54,115 nt of DNA, taken from positions 992,001 through 1,046,115 of the forward strand of contig OY253676.1 of assembly GCA_958009085.1 (NCBI GenBank), in the 5' to 3' direction. Position numbers and translations under genes: made by a program. This DNA is from Protoeuglena noctilucae. Its lineage: Eukaryota. Below the pieces are notes generated by a model. That model did no database searches. It was not told the DNA's origin and saw only the letters and a program-made list of their open reading frames with translations. This document shows, piece by piece, positions 22,607 to 35,131 of this stretch (position 1 is its first letter; each line of letters starts with the position of its first letter).

Positions 22607-25600
22607 ATGAGCCTCGCCCTGCAGTCGTCCGGATCCGCATCCGACCAGCCCCAGGCGAGCACCGCGCGGTTGCCGATGCGGTCGTCGCCACCTGCGTTTT
22701 CGCTCACCATTGCCTCTTTTCGTCTTCCCGCAGCGCACCTATGCTCAGACGAACGACCCCGTGGCCGGGGTGCGGCGCCCCAGCTTCACCCAGCGCCGCC
22801 CCTCGGGCGCGTCTTCGGATTCCCTCTCTCAGCCAGCCGTGGAGCGCCGCGAGTCGGGGGCTCTCGGTTCCGCGCGGGACGTCCCGGCGCCGCTGGTGGA
22901 TGCGCGGGGGGATGGGAGCCAGGGCGACGGGGGCGCGTTGGGTGGGGGTGGCGGTTCGGGAGGGGTGGGGGTGTCAGCAACAGCGGCAGCGGTGGGGGAT
23001 GGGAGCGGAGTGAGAGATGCGCAGATGGGAATGGAGGACCGCGTGGGGAAGGGGGAGGGCGCGGGGGATGCATCGGATGCGCACGTGCGCGCGGGGAAGG
23101 CGGCTAAGGATGGGCCAGCTGGGCCGGGTGCTGAGGTGGTGCGTGGCGCATGCATGGGGTGCATTGGCAATAAACATGCAGATCTCTCGCAGCCTTGCTC
23201 GGCGCTGGGTGGCCATGCAGGTCCTCCTTGCTGCCCCCCTCCCTCCCTCGCCCCCTCATCTCCGGCAGTAGTAATCATTTCATTACCACCTCTCCCCCGC
23301 ACCCTCGTCTGCGCCAGTAGCAATCATTCCATTACCACCTCTCCCTCCCCCGCAGCCGCACCTCTCCTCGGGTCCCCCTTCCTCCTTTGACTCAGCCGCG
23401 CCCCTCCCCAACCACCCCCATCATCACCCCCACCATTCTAGTTATGCGTTGCGGGATGACCCCGTGTCAGAGCCCACCAGTTTCGAGCGCCGCATCGTCG
23501 ATGCCTGGGACCCCGACGCGGAACCGAGGCCGGCCATGCCGACGCACCCCATGGTGAGTACGGGCTGAGGGTACTTGAATGATGACAGTGAGCAGGCGCA
23601 TTCAGAGCATCGTGCAGTCGTGGACGACGATTGCTCGTATTACTCACTAGCAGTGACGGCACTGCTAGCCAAGCACATCGCACCCGCACACATACCGCAT
23701 CCCCACTGCTAACCCTCCCCCTCACCCTCACTCTCCCCGCAGACACTGAAGGAGGCCCTGTCTCACATCCGCAAGCAGCGCGTGGGCCAGGTGCTGGGGC
23801 GTGAAACCCCCCCCCTCCCCCGACACGGACGGCCCAGTCGTGTTGGCATCGATGCGACGCGCCATGTGGCACCGGCACGGCAAGACGGCCAGCCGCAAGC
23901 AGCTGCAGCTGATGGAGAGACAGCCGGGGATGCGCAAGAGGGGGGACGTGGAGGGGAGGGGCAGGGGGGAACAGGTGGGGGTGGAGTGGGAAGGTATCAT
24001 GTCACACTGTGTTAACTCACAATGCTGGCCTGGTGCCTCATTGGAAGATTTAAATGCACCGGAATGCACTGCGCCTCTCACTTACTCCACTCACCCCACT
24101 ATCTCCCCATCCCTCCTCTCCCAGTCCCACACCCTGGACGCCCTCTACCCCCGCGCCTCGTCTGACGGCCGACTGGCACCACTGCCAGAAACGGGGGTGG
24201 ATGCGGATGTGGGGGATGCCCTGCGGCCGTCCACTTCGCTCCCCCGCTACATGCGGCCGTTGCAGAGGGGGGCCAGGCCACTCACGGCGCCGGGCATCGA
24301 GGTGAGGGGCTTTGAGGGAGTGGGGCTGTTGTGCGGTGATGGGTATTGCATGGTGAGGCTGCTTCATAGCACCATGACAGACCTGTGACTGTCAACGTCT
24401 GACTCATTCGTGCCATGCTGTGCACTTTGTCCACCCATCATACCCCATCCACATGCGCTGTCTCACCTCCTCTTTCCCCTCTCTATCAACGCAGGACGCC
24501 ATGCACCTCGCCTCCACGCAACCCAAAGGCGCCCTCCTCGCCACCCTCCCCGCCCCCCGCCCCGCCCTGCACCCCCCCGCCACCCTCCCCGCCCCCGCCC
24601 ACCGCTCCCCCGACCCCCGCACCCGCCCCCGCACCCGCGCTCACCCTGTCGAGGGCACAGTGGACGGTCTGCAGAGCGCGGCCAGCTCTTTGTTAGATCA
24701 CCCGCTGTTCCAGGGACCCAACAGCGGCGCCCAGCCCCGGCGCACCGCCACCGCCCCCCGCCGCCATCGCCCGCCATCAGATGGGGAGGGTATGGGGTCG
24801 GACCAGCCCCGCCGCATGGTGGTGGCTCGCATCAAGAAGCAGACGAATACGATCGCTCAGGACGAGGCTCTCTGGCACAGCAAGGGGATGCTGAGGGCGC
24901 GGGAGGATTTGAAACACGAGGCGGACGCGGTTGTGAGGGTGACGAGTAGTAGGGGTGGAGGTTGTCCAACAGGCATACATCAACCACAGTCCATGCACAC
25001 CTTAACCATCCTCATCCCCCCCCCCCCTTCCCAGGCCGTGGCGTGCAAGGTGCACGACTTGGCCCGCGAGCGTGACTTGCGCAGTACGTCCCGGCAGCAC
25101 TTGGAGGCGATGCTAGAAGAGACGAGGCAAAAGCTGATGACGCAGACGGCCATGATGGAGCACAACATGCAGGTGATGGGGGGTATGTGACAGTGCATGG
25201 TTATATGTGACAGTGGATGGCCATGATGGAGCACAACATGCAGGTGATGGGGTGGGAGGGTACATGGTTTGATGGAGCACAACTTCTTACAGGTAAGGGA
25301 TATGTGTGAGTGATGGTTATGGTGGAACACGAGATGCAACTTGCCTTCTCTCCCACTGCCCAACTCCTGCCTTCTCACTTATCTCATTATCACCATCCAA
25401 CCCATCTCCCGCGGTGCTCCCTCTCAGGAGTACCGCTCCGGCCTGGACCTCAAAGCCCAGCTGTCGGCAGAGCTGGAGGACATCCGCGTGAGGGAGACAC
25501 ACGAGCTGCAGGTGCATTCAGTCGCCACTCTTGTTATCACCACCTCTGCCATCAATGCCGTGCTTGCCATCACCATCACCACCCTTGCCATCCCCACCCT

Positions 25601-28600
25601 TCCTGCGCTGGGCCTGGGTAAGGGTAACTAAACACTTACCGCCGCCTCTCTCTCCCGTTATGCACAGTACCTGCGACCCACGCTGGAGCACCTGCTGTTG
25701 CGCAACAAGGATGACAACGAGCAAATCTACGCAGCGTTGGAGCTAGCCAGAGAAACACAGGGCATGTGGGAACAAGACGTAAAAGCAGCAGAGGGGGAGT
25801 TGGTGTTTGCGGAGGAAGCGAGGATGCAAGCGATGAGGCGACTGTATGACGCGATCGATGCGTTGCAGCTGCAGAGGGCCCAGCAGAAAGCGGAACTGGC
25901 ATCAAGGGAGGCGGTGCTGGGGGGGGTGGAGGGCATACGCAGGCAGGTGGATGCGTGGCTGGGGAGTGCGGGTGGGGGTGGCAGTGGGAGCGGTGGCCAT
26001 GCGAGTGGCAGTGGTGGGAATGCAAATGGGAATGGGATGGCGAGTGCGGGACTGGGCCCGCTCGCCGCTCCCACCCTCGCCAGCCCCACGGCGGCGGGCA
26101 GCGGTCGCGTGCGTGACAGGGAGCGTGGGGGGATGAGGGGTGGCAGCGATGCGGTGTCAAGGGATGAGGAGGGGGAGGGGAGCCGGGCATCCAGCCGAGC
26201 GGTGAGGGGCGGGGGTGGGGGGTTGAAGAATGCATGTGATATTGGTTATTAACACAATATTGGCTATGGATACATGCATTGATCAGTAGATAGGTATGGG
26301 GAGTGTAAACGCACTGCCGGTCCGGTCCATGCCTACCACTGCCCCTGCCCTGCCTGGCACAAAGACCGTCACCATATGTTCAACATTTAAATTTCAAATG
26401 TCCATACGTACACCTCCCCTCCCCCTTCAGGAGGACTCCGGCCTGGCCACCGACCCCTCGCGCCCCCCCCGCTCCCGCCTGGAGAAGTCCTCCGTCCCAA
26501 GACACCCAGCACCACCGCGTTTGCAAGTCGTCGATTCAAATGCGCTGGAGCAGCTGCCGCAGGACCAGCTCATGGAGGCCTACCTGGGGCCGGGGGGGGC
26601 GGCGTTCGCGGCGTTCCTGGACTCGCTCAAGGTGAGTGATGATGGGTGGGGGTGTATGATAGGAGTAGATGTGATGGCATTTCTGGACTCGCTCAGGGTG
26701 AGAGATGGGGAGATGGGTGGGGGTGTTTGAGTGGCATGGGTGTGATGAAGGGTGAGTAACTGGAATGATTGTAACAGTGTAATCCCTCACCCCACCCACC
26801 TCTCCTCTCCCTCCATATCACATCGCCCACACCCCCCTCACCACCAAACCCTCCCTTACCACCCACCCCACCCCCTCTCCACCCCCAGGTTCGCCATGGC
26901 CTGGAGTCTGCCGATGACATGCTCACCCACCTATGGATGGGACCCAGAAAAGTCAAAGAGCAGAGAGCGGCAGTGGAGGCACTGGCGGAGGCGGTGGCGG
27001 CAAGGGAAGCGAGAGTGGCTGCGATGTTGGGGGAGCTGCAGAGCGTGCGGGCGGGGCTGGTGGGGGCGGGGAGGGGGGCGGGGGCGAGGGATGCGGAGGA
27101 GTGGGAGGGGAGGCTGCAGAGGGCCACGGACAGGTGAGGATGATGTGGTGGTGGGGATATTGGTTATGGGAGGTATGGGTGGGTGACAATGGGGGAGTGG
27201 GAGTAACAGGGAAGCTGCAGAGGGCCACGGACAGGTGAGGAGAGGGGTGATTAGTTACTAACTAAGGGCATGGGGTGTGCGGCATGACGCTGCTAGCAGT
27301 ACTCTGCAACTCTCTACCCATCCACCATCATCCCTCCCACTCTAATGTCCCCCCCAGGCTGGTCGAGTCCCAGCGCCGCTGCACCCGCGTGACGCTGCGG
27401 CTGGCGGAGGTGCTGCACGGAATCGAACACCTATCGGATTTAACAAGAGCATTCCACCCCAACGCGCCGCCTGTCAGGGTGAGGAGGAGGGGTTTGCATG
27501 ATGTGGCGCACATGCAACACCAATCAAAGGTATAGAGAGAGTGATGCGTGGCGTGACTGCACACTGCACTGCCCTGGTCACTCTCCATCACCCATGCCAC
27601 ACCCCCTCTGCAACTCCCTCTCCCGCATACCTTAAGCACACTCACACACCCAAACCACCACCTCCCCCCACTCTCCTCGCAGCCCCCACCCCCCCGCGCC
27701 TCCCAGCCTCCCGCCCGCAACCCCAGCCGCGGCTCCCTGCGCCAGAGCTCGTCCCGCCGACTCATGGAGTCATCCGATGGCAGCGCCAACACTACCACGC
27801 GCATGCGACGGCCCACCGATGGGGGCATGGGCGTGAATGTGGGTATGGGTGCCAATGCCACCCCCCGCATAGCAGAGGAGGAGGGGGGCATCACTGCGCC
27901 GCCTTCTGCGGCTGGCGAGGCGCTGAGCGGTGCGCTGGGCAGGGACCGCGCGGCGAGGGTGGTGGGGGAGCTGGATGAGGCGGTGTCGCGGCTGCAGGCG
28001 TTTGCGGGGGCGTTCGTGGAGGCGGCGGCTATACAGAGGCAGAGGTGAGTTGGGGGGGGGGGAGGGGGAGATGGTTGATATGTTGCATGGGTGTGACTCA
28101 CTCACGGCTGCGGTGCTGTGTATATTTCTGGGGATGCGAGGGGTTCGGATCGCCTGTGTGCTGTCCAGGGTTAGGGTTAGGGTTAGTTAACGGTGGGTTA
28201 GTTAACCCACCGTCGCTGCGCTGCACTGTGTCTGCTTGTCGTTGCACTGTCAGTGCTTGCTTGCCGTGCGGTCTCTCTCTCATCCATCATCCCGATTTCA
28301 CATTTCATCATGCTCTTCATCTCCCTTCCCCTTCCCCCCCAGGGGCATGGACAGTGCGGGGTCGGATGTGGCGGCACTGCTGAGGCTGCCGTCCGACGCG
28401 GCTGCGGGGAAGGAGGTGAGGGGGAGGGGTAGCCGTGTTGTACTTACTAGGGCTGAAGAGGGAGGATGGGAGAGAGAGGGGTGTAAGGTAGCACTGGGGT
28501 GCATGTCGCATCCACCCCCATCTCACCTCACACACACCCCCTCCTCTCTCCCCCCCCCCCCCTTTGCAGTCCCGCCACAGCATCTCGCATCCACCCCCAC

Positions 28601-29735
28601 ATCACCTCTCACACCCCCAACTCTTCACATTTACCATCTCTCCCCCCTCCCTTTGCAGTCCCGCCAAAGCGTCTCCCAGCTGCGTGTGCTGGACGCCCCT
28701 TCTCGTGATCGCCTATCCACTGTGCCACTGTGTTTGGCCCCGATTGGGAGGATGCGGTGCTGCAGATCAAAAGACGCGTGGCTGCGGCGGTGGAGGGGGC
28801 GGGGGTGGGCATCGGGGCAGGCAGGCGTGATGGGCGCAGGGGGGCCTTCTCAGGGCGCACCGGTGAGGGGGATGGGTGGTGGGGGGTTGTGTGCGAGTGT
28901 TTGTATAGCATGGAGGCGTGTGTGTGTGTGTGTGTGTGTTTGTGAGGGGAGACAGGACAGTGTGCAAATGTACACACCCTGTCAAGCGTGTTTGTGTGAA
29001 TGGCACTGTGTGCATATGAAGCGTGTCTGTCCCGCCTCCTCCATTCACTCCCCCCTCCTCCATCTCCCCCAGTCCGTTCCCGTGCCGGCCACGTCCCCTC
29101 GATGCTCCTGACCGACGATGTGGACCGACACTCCAGCGACTCCGAGGCGGGGGGGGCACCCGTCATGTGGGACAAGGCGAGTGGTGCATGGAGCATGGAT
29201 GCGTGTGATCATGACCATGGGTTATGGGGGGATGCGCTTGTCGGTATCGATAAACGCATGGATGCACTTTTGTGCCTGACCGTGACCCGCTGCCCCGCTT
29301 GCCCTACGTTAGCCATCTTTGAACACATCCCTCCCATCTCCGTCACCCTGTCTCCCTAATCTGTGCATACAACATCATTCCCTTCTCCCCCCACGCAGCA
29401 CCGTCATGGTGAGCCCAAGGAGGTGGAGGCGGAGGCGGAGCAGACGGCCGTGACAGCACACGCCAAGGAGAGACTGGAGAAGCTGCAGAGGTGAGAGTGA
29501 CAGTAATAGCAGTGACCATGCATGCATGAGCCCCACGTCACTGTCACGATCCCATTACCACGCCACACACTCCCAGCAGTGTCACCATCTCACCCCCCCT
29601 CCACCTCTCCACCCACGCAGGCGCGCGGCGGGCAACGAGCGCATGGTGCGTCAGCAGATGGCCACCCTGCGCGACACCATGGACCGGGTGCACAACCTCG
29701 TGGGCACGCAGGGATTCGAACAGCTGGCCGCGTGA
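22607..29735 (+). CDS. Large multi-exon coiled-coil protein of unknown function (could be more than one gene)
   Basis: The ATG is in a good context, with a first GC-AG intron at 22655. Helical exons include EYRSGLDLKAQLSAELEDIR and EEARMQAMRRLYDAIDALQ. The last exon ends ...GFEQLAA* at 29733-29735, followed by TGTAA at 29770. Confidence 0.6.
28167..28213 (+). repeat. Interstitial telomeric repeat plus a perfect 11-bp inverted repeat
   Basis: AGGG TTAGGG TTAGGG TTAG (28167-28186), then ACGGTGGGTTA-GT-TAACCCACCGT (28190-28213). Confidence 0.8.
28918..28939. repeat. (GT)n microsatellite, intronic
   Basis: Direct reading of the sequence. Confidence 0.9.
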
Positions 29736-29988
29736 TGACACGAGAGTTGTTTGGATGCTTGTCTGTGGCTGTAATCAACGGTGTTCGCATGGCCCTTTCT
29801 TTGGTGACACCAACGTAGCAACGCCTCGGCCCTTTCAAATCGCCGACCTGACCAAATTCCCATCCCCAACAAAGAAACACCACCCACCCACCCCTCTCCT
29901 CCCCTAACATCCATCCCTGTCACACACCCCCACTCCTCACACCCATCCCCGTCATGGGTATAAACACCCCCACTCTTCCCTATTCTCT

Positions 29989-31058
29989 TCACGCTCCCGG
30001 GTAGAAGGACGTCCACCACCCCGTCTTGTAGCGGCCATAGGGCACGGAGCGGCTGAGGTCGCTCTTGTTGCCTGGGAGTTTGGGGGGGAGAGCGACGGAG
30101 TGAGGAGGGTCCTTGTGAGGCAGACGTGGTGGCAACGTGGCAGTGGTGATTGGCAGGACACAGCTGCAGGGCCTGGCACTCATCGCAAACCCCTCATACC
30201 CTCACCCTCGTAGTCGGGCAGCTTCATGTCGCTGGACGCCAGTGCCTCCTCGGGGCTCACGTTGCCCAGCTCCACCAGCGCCACGCGGTCCAGGCGGAGC
30301 TGAGAGGGGGGAAGGGAGAGAGTTGCAGGTGACAAGGGGGCAGCAGGCATGCGTGAAGGGCGCCGCTGCGGTTTATGACCACGCATCCGCCTGCTATTGG
30401 TCTCTTGTTCGACTGCCTCGTTGCAGCGAGACACCAATGCCCTTGCCTTCACTCGCTCACTTAACCATCGCCCACTCCCATCATCTCTCACCTTCATGAA
30501 CTTGACCCACGCCTCGTCTGTCGACACGATGGCCACGGACGGCCGCTGCACGCGGGGGGCCAGGTCGGGGAAGCGGGCGTCGAGCCACGCGGGGTTGGGG
30601 AGGATGTAGAAGTCACGGTCCCAGCCACGCTCCTTGTAGTACCTGGGAGGGGGAGATGGGGATGGTGGATGGGTATGTGACACGAGAGAGGGCTGGCGTA
30701 CGCATATGTCAAATAGAGAGGATATGGAAGGTATACGACGTGCTTTGATAGTCCGTATGTCACTCCCCGCATTGCCACTCTCGCCGCGCTGCCTTGCTCC
30801 TCACCGCAGCCGCTCCCTCAGCTGCTCGGCAAAGGCCTCGTTCTGCAGGTCGTTGAAGAGCCACTCGGCGCTGGTCACGCACGCCATCCACTGCCCCTTG
30901 CGCGCCTGCTCGGGCATGGTGTTGGTCGACCGGCCCTTGGCCTGGCTTGCCTGGTTGGCGGCCTGGTTCGCCGGCGCAGCGGCGCGGCACACCACCGAGG
31001 TCGCCTGCGCGGGACGGAGACGCGCCGGGGTCGGCAGGGTGCGCGCGAATGAAAGCAT
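29989..31058 (-). CDS. YCF54: Ycf54/LCAA (CGL78), auxiliary factor of Mg-protoporphyrin monomethyl ester cyclase, plastid-targeted
   Basis: Transit-peptide-like N-terminus, then SAEWLFNDLQNEAFAEQLRERLR|YYKERGWDRDFYILPNPAWLD...VAIVSTDEAWVKFMK|LRLDRV...PYGRYKTGWWTSF. Confidence 0.93.
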
Positions 31059-32009
31059 GATGAGCTTGCAGTCAGCGCCGAGCGGCCGGGCTGGGTTGGG
31101 ACGGCGGGGGCGCTCGGATGCCCCCGCTCAGAACCGCAGTGTCCGGCCACAGGCAAGCAAGTCGCAGGAGGCCTGGCGCAATCACCCTGGGGCTCGACGC
31201 GGCGCTTACCTGCCGAACAGAAGCGGAGACCGCCACGCGGGCCGGCACTGCCTTCGCGGGGCCGCGAACTGGGGGCAGGTCGAAGGAAGCCAGGGATAGC
31301 AGGCTCGTCAGGGCTCGCGGGGAAGGGAACGATGCAATGACGCGCAAAGAATAATCGCTTTTGCGCATCGACCATCGCAGCAACCCCTCCAGGCACCACT
31401 CACCGCTGGCCTGGGCCGCGATTTGGGAAGGACAGGTGCACGCCTGCATCTTGGCTCTTGCGCCAACACCGGGCCGACCAACGGCTAGTTGAGAAAAGCG
31501 GCGACCAGGGGACGACGCGGCAGCAATGCCGGCGGCTGCAGTCGACCAAGCGAGGCTGGATAAACTCCGAAACTCCGGAACGCTCGGCGCGTCGAATGTG
31601 ACGGGCAGAGGGTCACAAGTACGGTCCGTGGAGGATGGAGTGCCGAGTGGGAGTGCGGGGGAGTGCCATGGAGGCCTCCGGGCGTCGCGCTTGATGCCAG
31701 AGAAAGCCCCGTGTCAGAAGAAGCCGTGTCAAGGCCGCTGAGCCCGCGCATGCGCACTGGTCGTTGTCGTTCGATGCGTTGTGTCTCCGGGCAGCGGGCA
31801 CCCTCGCGCCATCCCTGAGGCCCTCGAGAGCGCGCGCGGTCCCCCGAGAGTGCGAACCATCTGCGCTCCTTCCCGCCCCTGCCCGTCCACGCCAGGGAGA
31901 AGCCGTGTTGCGCAGCTAGCCTGTGGGGTTCACTGTAACGGCGGGGAGACTCGCAGGGGGACAGAAGCGCGGAGACGCGGGGGGCAGGCCCAGCGCCAAA
32001 TACGGACCG

Positions 32010-34941
32010 ATGGGGCGAATCACCGTCGACATGCTCCGCCGGGTGCGTTGCGGTCGCGGTGTTTGCTCCTGCAATTGCAGTTCCCCTTCACCGGGTCTCG
32101 CGCCGGAAGCCCGTTGCTCGAGCCGGGCGAGACGTCCTGCAAGCTTGCCCGGGGCTCCCTCCCGCATCCTCGCGTCTCCCCTCCCCCGCAGCGGGCGGAA
32201 CACAACGAGGGCATGATTACTACGTTGGAGGAGGTGTCTCTCCACCAGCAGAGCATCGAGCGCATTGAGCTGCTCGGCCACGTCTGCCGGCACCTGCGCA
32301 TCCTGTACCTGCAGAACAACTTGATCGGGAAGATTGAGAACCTGCATCGGTTGAAGGAGCTGGAGTACCTCAACATGGCTGTCAACAACATCACGAGGGT
32401 CAGCCGCTGCATGCCGGGGAACGGCGGGAGCCAGGCTGTGCATCTGCGCCGATGCTCACAGTCGCTATCTGTCTGCGCCTGCAGATTGAGAACCTGCAGC
32501 GGTGCGAGAGTCTGCAGAAGCTCGACTTCACCATGTGCTTCGTGGACAAGGTGTGGAGGGGGCCAAACACCGTGCCGGCCGTTTTGTCAGAATAACACAC
32601 CAGCTCCCCACCACGGTAGTCACTCAATCTTTCACTCTCCCCCCGACCCAGGCGGGTCTGCTGACTCTGGCATCCCTGTCTGGCCTGTCCCACCTCCGCG
32701 ACCTCTACCTGGTGGGCAACCCATGCACGGAGTGGGAGGGGTACCGGGCGTATGTGGTGGCCACGCTACCGCAGGTGATGATGAGACACAGCCGATACTG
32801 TGCAGAGCACGTTATGCTGACACTAGCACTGGATAGCACCACACTGCTGCGTTGGGGAGCGGCATCGCTGCTGACAACCGCGGTCGTTGTCAGGTTGACA
32901 TTCGACACTGATGGACATCATTGTTTGCAGTTGGCGCGGCTGGACGGCAAGGACATCAAGCCATCCGAGCGCATCGCGGCGCAGCAGGCGCTGCCAGAAC
33001 TGACGCGGCGGCTGAGGTGGGGAGGGGGGCAGGGAGGGGCAGAGTTGCTACATATGTGCATGGGTGACACTCTCTCTGTGCTTTTTTCAATACAGGGAGG
33101 AGTTGCTTGCTTCTGGCATTGACCCGGACGCGGCGGCTCGCGTGGACAACCAGGGACCGGAGGACGACGATGTGCAGGACCCCGGTCACGTGGACCCAGA
33201 GGTGAGATGAGAGAATGGGGATGGTGATGATCGGATGTGCAGCTTGCAACGTGTCATGAGACGAGGTGCAGGTAGGGATGGGTCTGCCATGCACCGTGCT
33301 GGTATGCGTGACGGTCGGCTACATACAAAGGCGACACCATTCGCCTTTGTCTCTGTCCATCATGCTCATTCACCATTACTCCTGGTCATGTCTCGCAGAC
33401 GGGGGAGTTCGTGCGCCCGTGGTGCCCCGCCACGCGCATTATCGAGCACAGGTGAGAGAGGCACAGGGCATGAGCATGGCGTGTGTGTGAGTGCCGTGAG
33501 CATGAGCATGGCGTGCATGCAACAAGGGGTGTTGCTCTGCACGTGACTCGGTGCATCATTTGTTAATAGTCCCTCCTACACCCGTCGTCCTTTGCAGGGA
33601 GAATGAGGAGCGGGAGCGCAAGGCAGAAGAGGACAGAAAACAGTGAGGACACGCATGGGGGGGCAGGGTGCTGAGCGATTGCATATATGACCACGTTTAC
33701 TCGCCTTACACTGCTGTCATGTCATTCCTCAGCTGTCATCGACAGTCCGCAACCTCACACAGAGCATGTCGCATCGCATGCCGCACCCGTGTTTTGCTGA
33801 CGCCACCCCAGCGCCCGCGCACCCTGTGTATGCACTATAATGCTTCTTCTCATCATCTCAGGAACATGAACAAGCTCTTCGCCGAGGGCCCCAAGCAGCC
33901 CCCTCGTCGGGATGACTTTGACGACATCGCTGAGGGGGAGACGGTGCGGATGCGCAACGAGGGGGGGTACGCCTTCTCACTCGAGGACTCGGAGGTGAGG
34001 GACAATTGCTAGTGAGTGACTGTGTATGATGTATGATAAATGATTGGGGTACGCATTCTCACTCGAGGACTCGGAGGTGAGAGCTGATTGCGACTGAGTG
34101 ACTGTCACCATGTATTATAGTATACAACCCTCTCCTGACCTCACTCACCCCCAACCCCCACCCCCCCACCCCACCAGGACGGCGCCAGCATTGTGCTGGA
34201 GGTGGACGTGGGTCGCTTCGTGGACACCAGCCTCATCAAGGCAGACGTGCGACCCACACTGGTGCGACTGCTCATAAAGGGCCGATTATTGCAATTAATA
34301 TTGCCGGAAGAGGTGCGCGCGGATGACAGCAAAGCAGAGAGGTCTCAGGCGACGGGGCGATTGGTGGTGACGATGCCCAAGGCGGGGAATGGTGGGGAGA
34401 ACCCCATGCTGGCACCTGCGGGGCATCTGAGGGCGGTGAAGGAGGCCAAGAGGAGGGGGAAGGACGTGAAGAGGTGAGGGGGGGGTGGTAGGGGGGTGTT
34501 GTTATTGGTATGAGGAGGGGGAGGGACGTGAAGGAGTGGGTGTGTGTGGGTGGGTGGCGTGGTGAGGGGTGCGGGTGCTGTCGTGGATGCGATGTGGTGC
34601 GGGTTCGTCTGTCAAGCGATTACTGTCTCTCCCTCATGATGCATTATTATACTCTCTAATGGTGCGTACTCACTCCCTTTTACCCCCCCAGGGTACTGGA
34701 GGAGAGGGGCGTGGTCAACTACCGCAACATCGTGGGGGTGAGGCATGCTGTGACATGGCACATGACAGCATATATATGTGCTACGTATAACATATGACAC
34801 GTGCGTGTTGTCTCATCTAGTATCAGCACGCCCCCCTCTTCGCAGGGCAGCAGGGAGGCTGAGGTGGCGCCCGTCCCCAAGGCACGGCTGACGGTGGGGG
34901 AGGGGGAGGGGGAGGGGGATGATGACTTGCCGCCGCTGTGA
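32010..34941 (+). CDS. LRRC6: LRRC6/DNAAF11 (tilB) dynein axonemal assembly factor
   Basis: [37 protein letters not shown]...[14 protein letters not shown]...LYLVGNPC...[26 protein letters not shown], then a CS-like domain ([12 protein letters not shown]...[16 protein letters not shown]) and a C-terminal DDLPPL*. Confidence 0.93.
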
Positions 34942-35131
34942 GGGGCGTGGTTGCGTGATGATATATCCGCATATCGCATATCGCATGGGGGAGTGACCGG
35001 AGAGGCCATGAAAGATTGAAGCGATGCGAGAGAGATGAGATGCGCCAACGGCATATGCAGCGTGACACACAAGCAGCGTTGCATTGCGTGGCACCACACC
35101 GCAACTCCCCCATCTAAGCATCGTCACTCCA

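Noticed and set aside
28730..28760. GPDWEDAV resembling GPEWEEVV after the first Mib/HERC2 domain
   Set aside because: Too short and without flanking similarity; likely coincidence.
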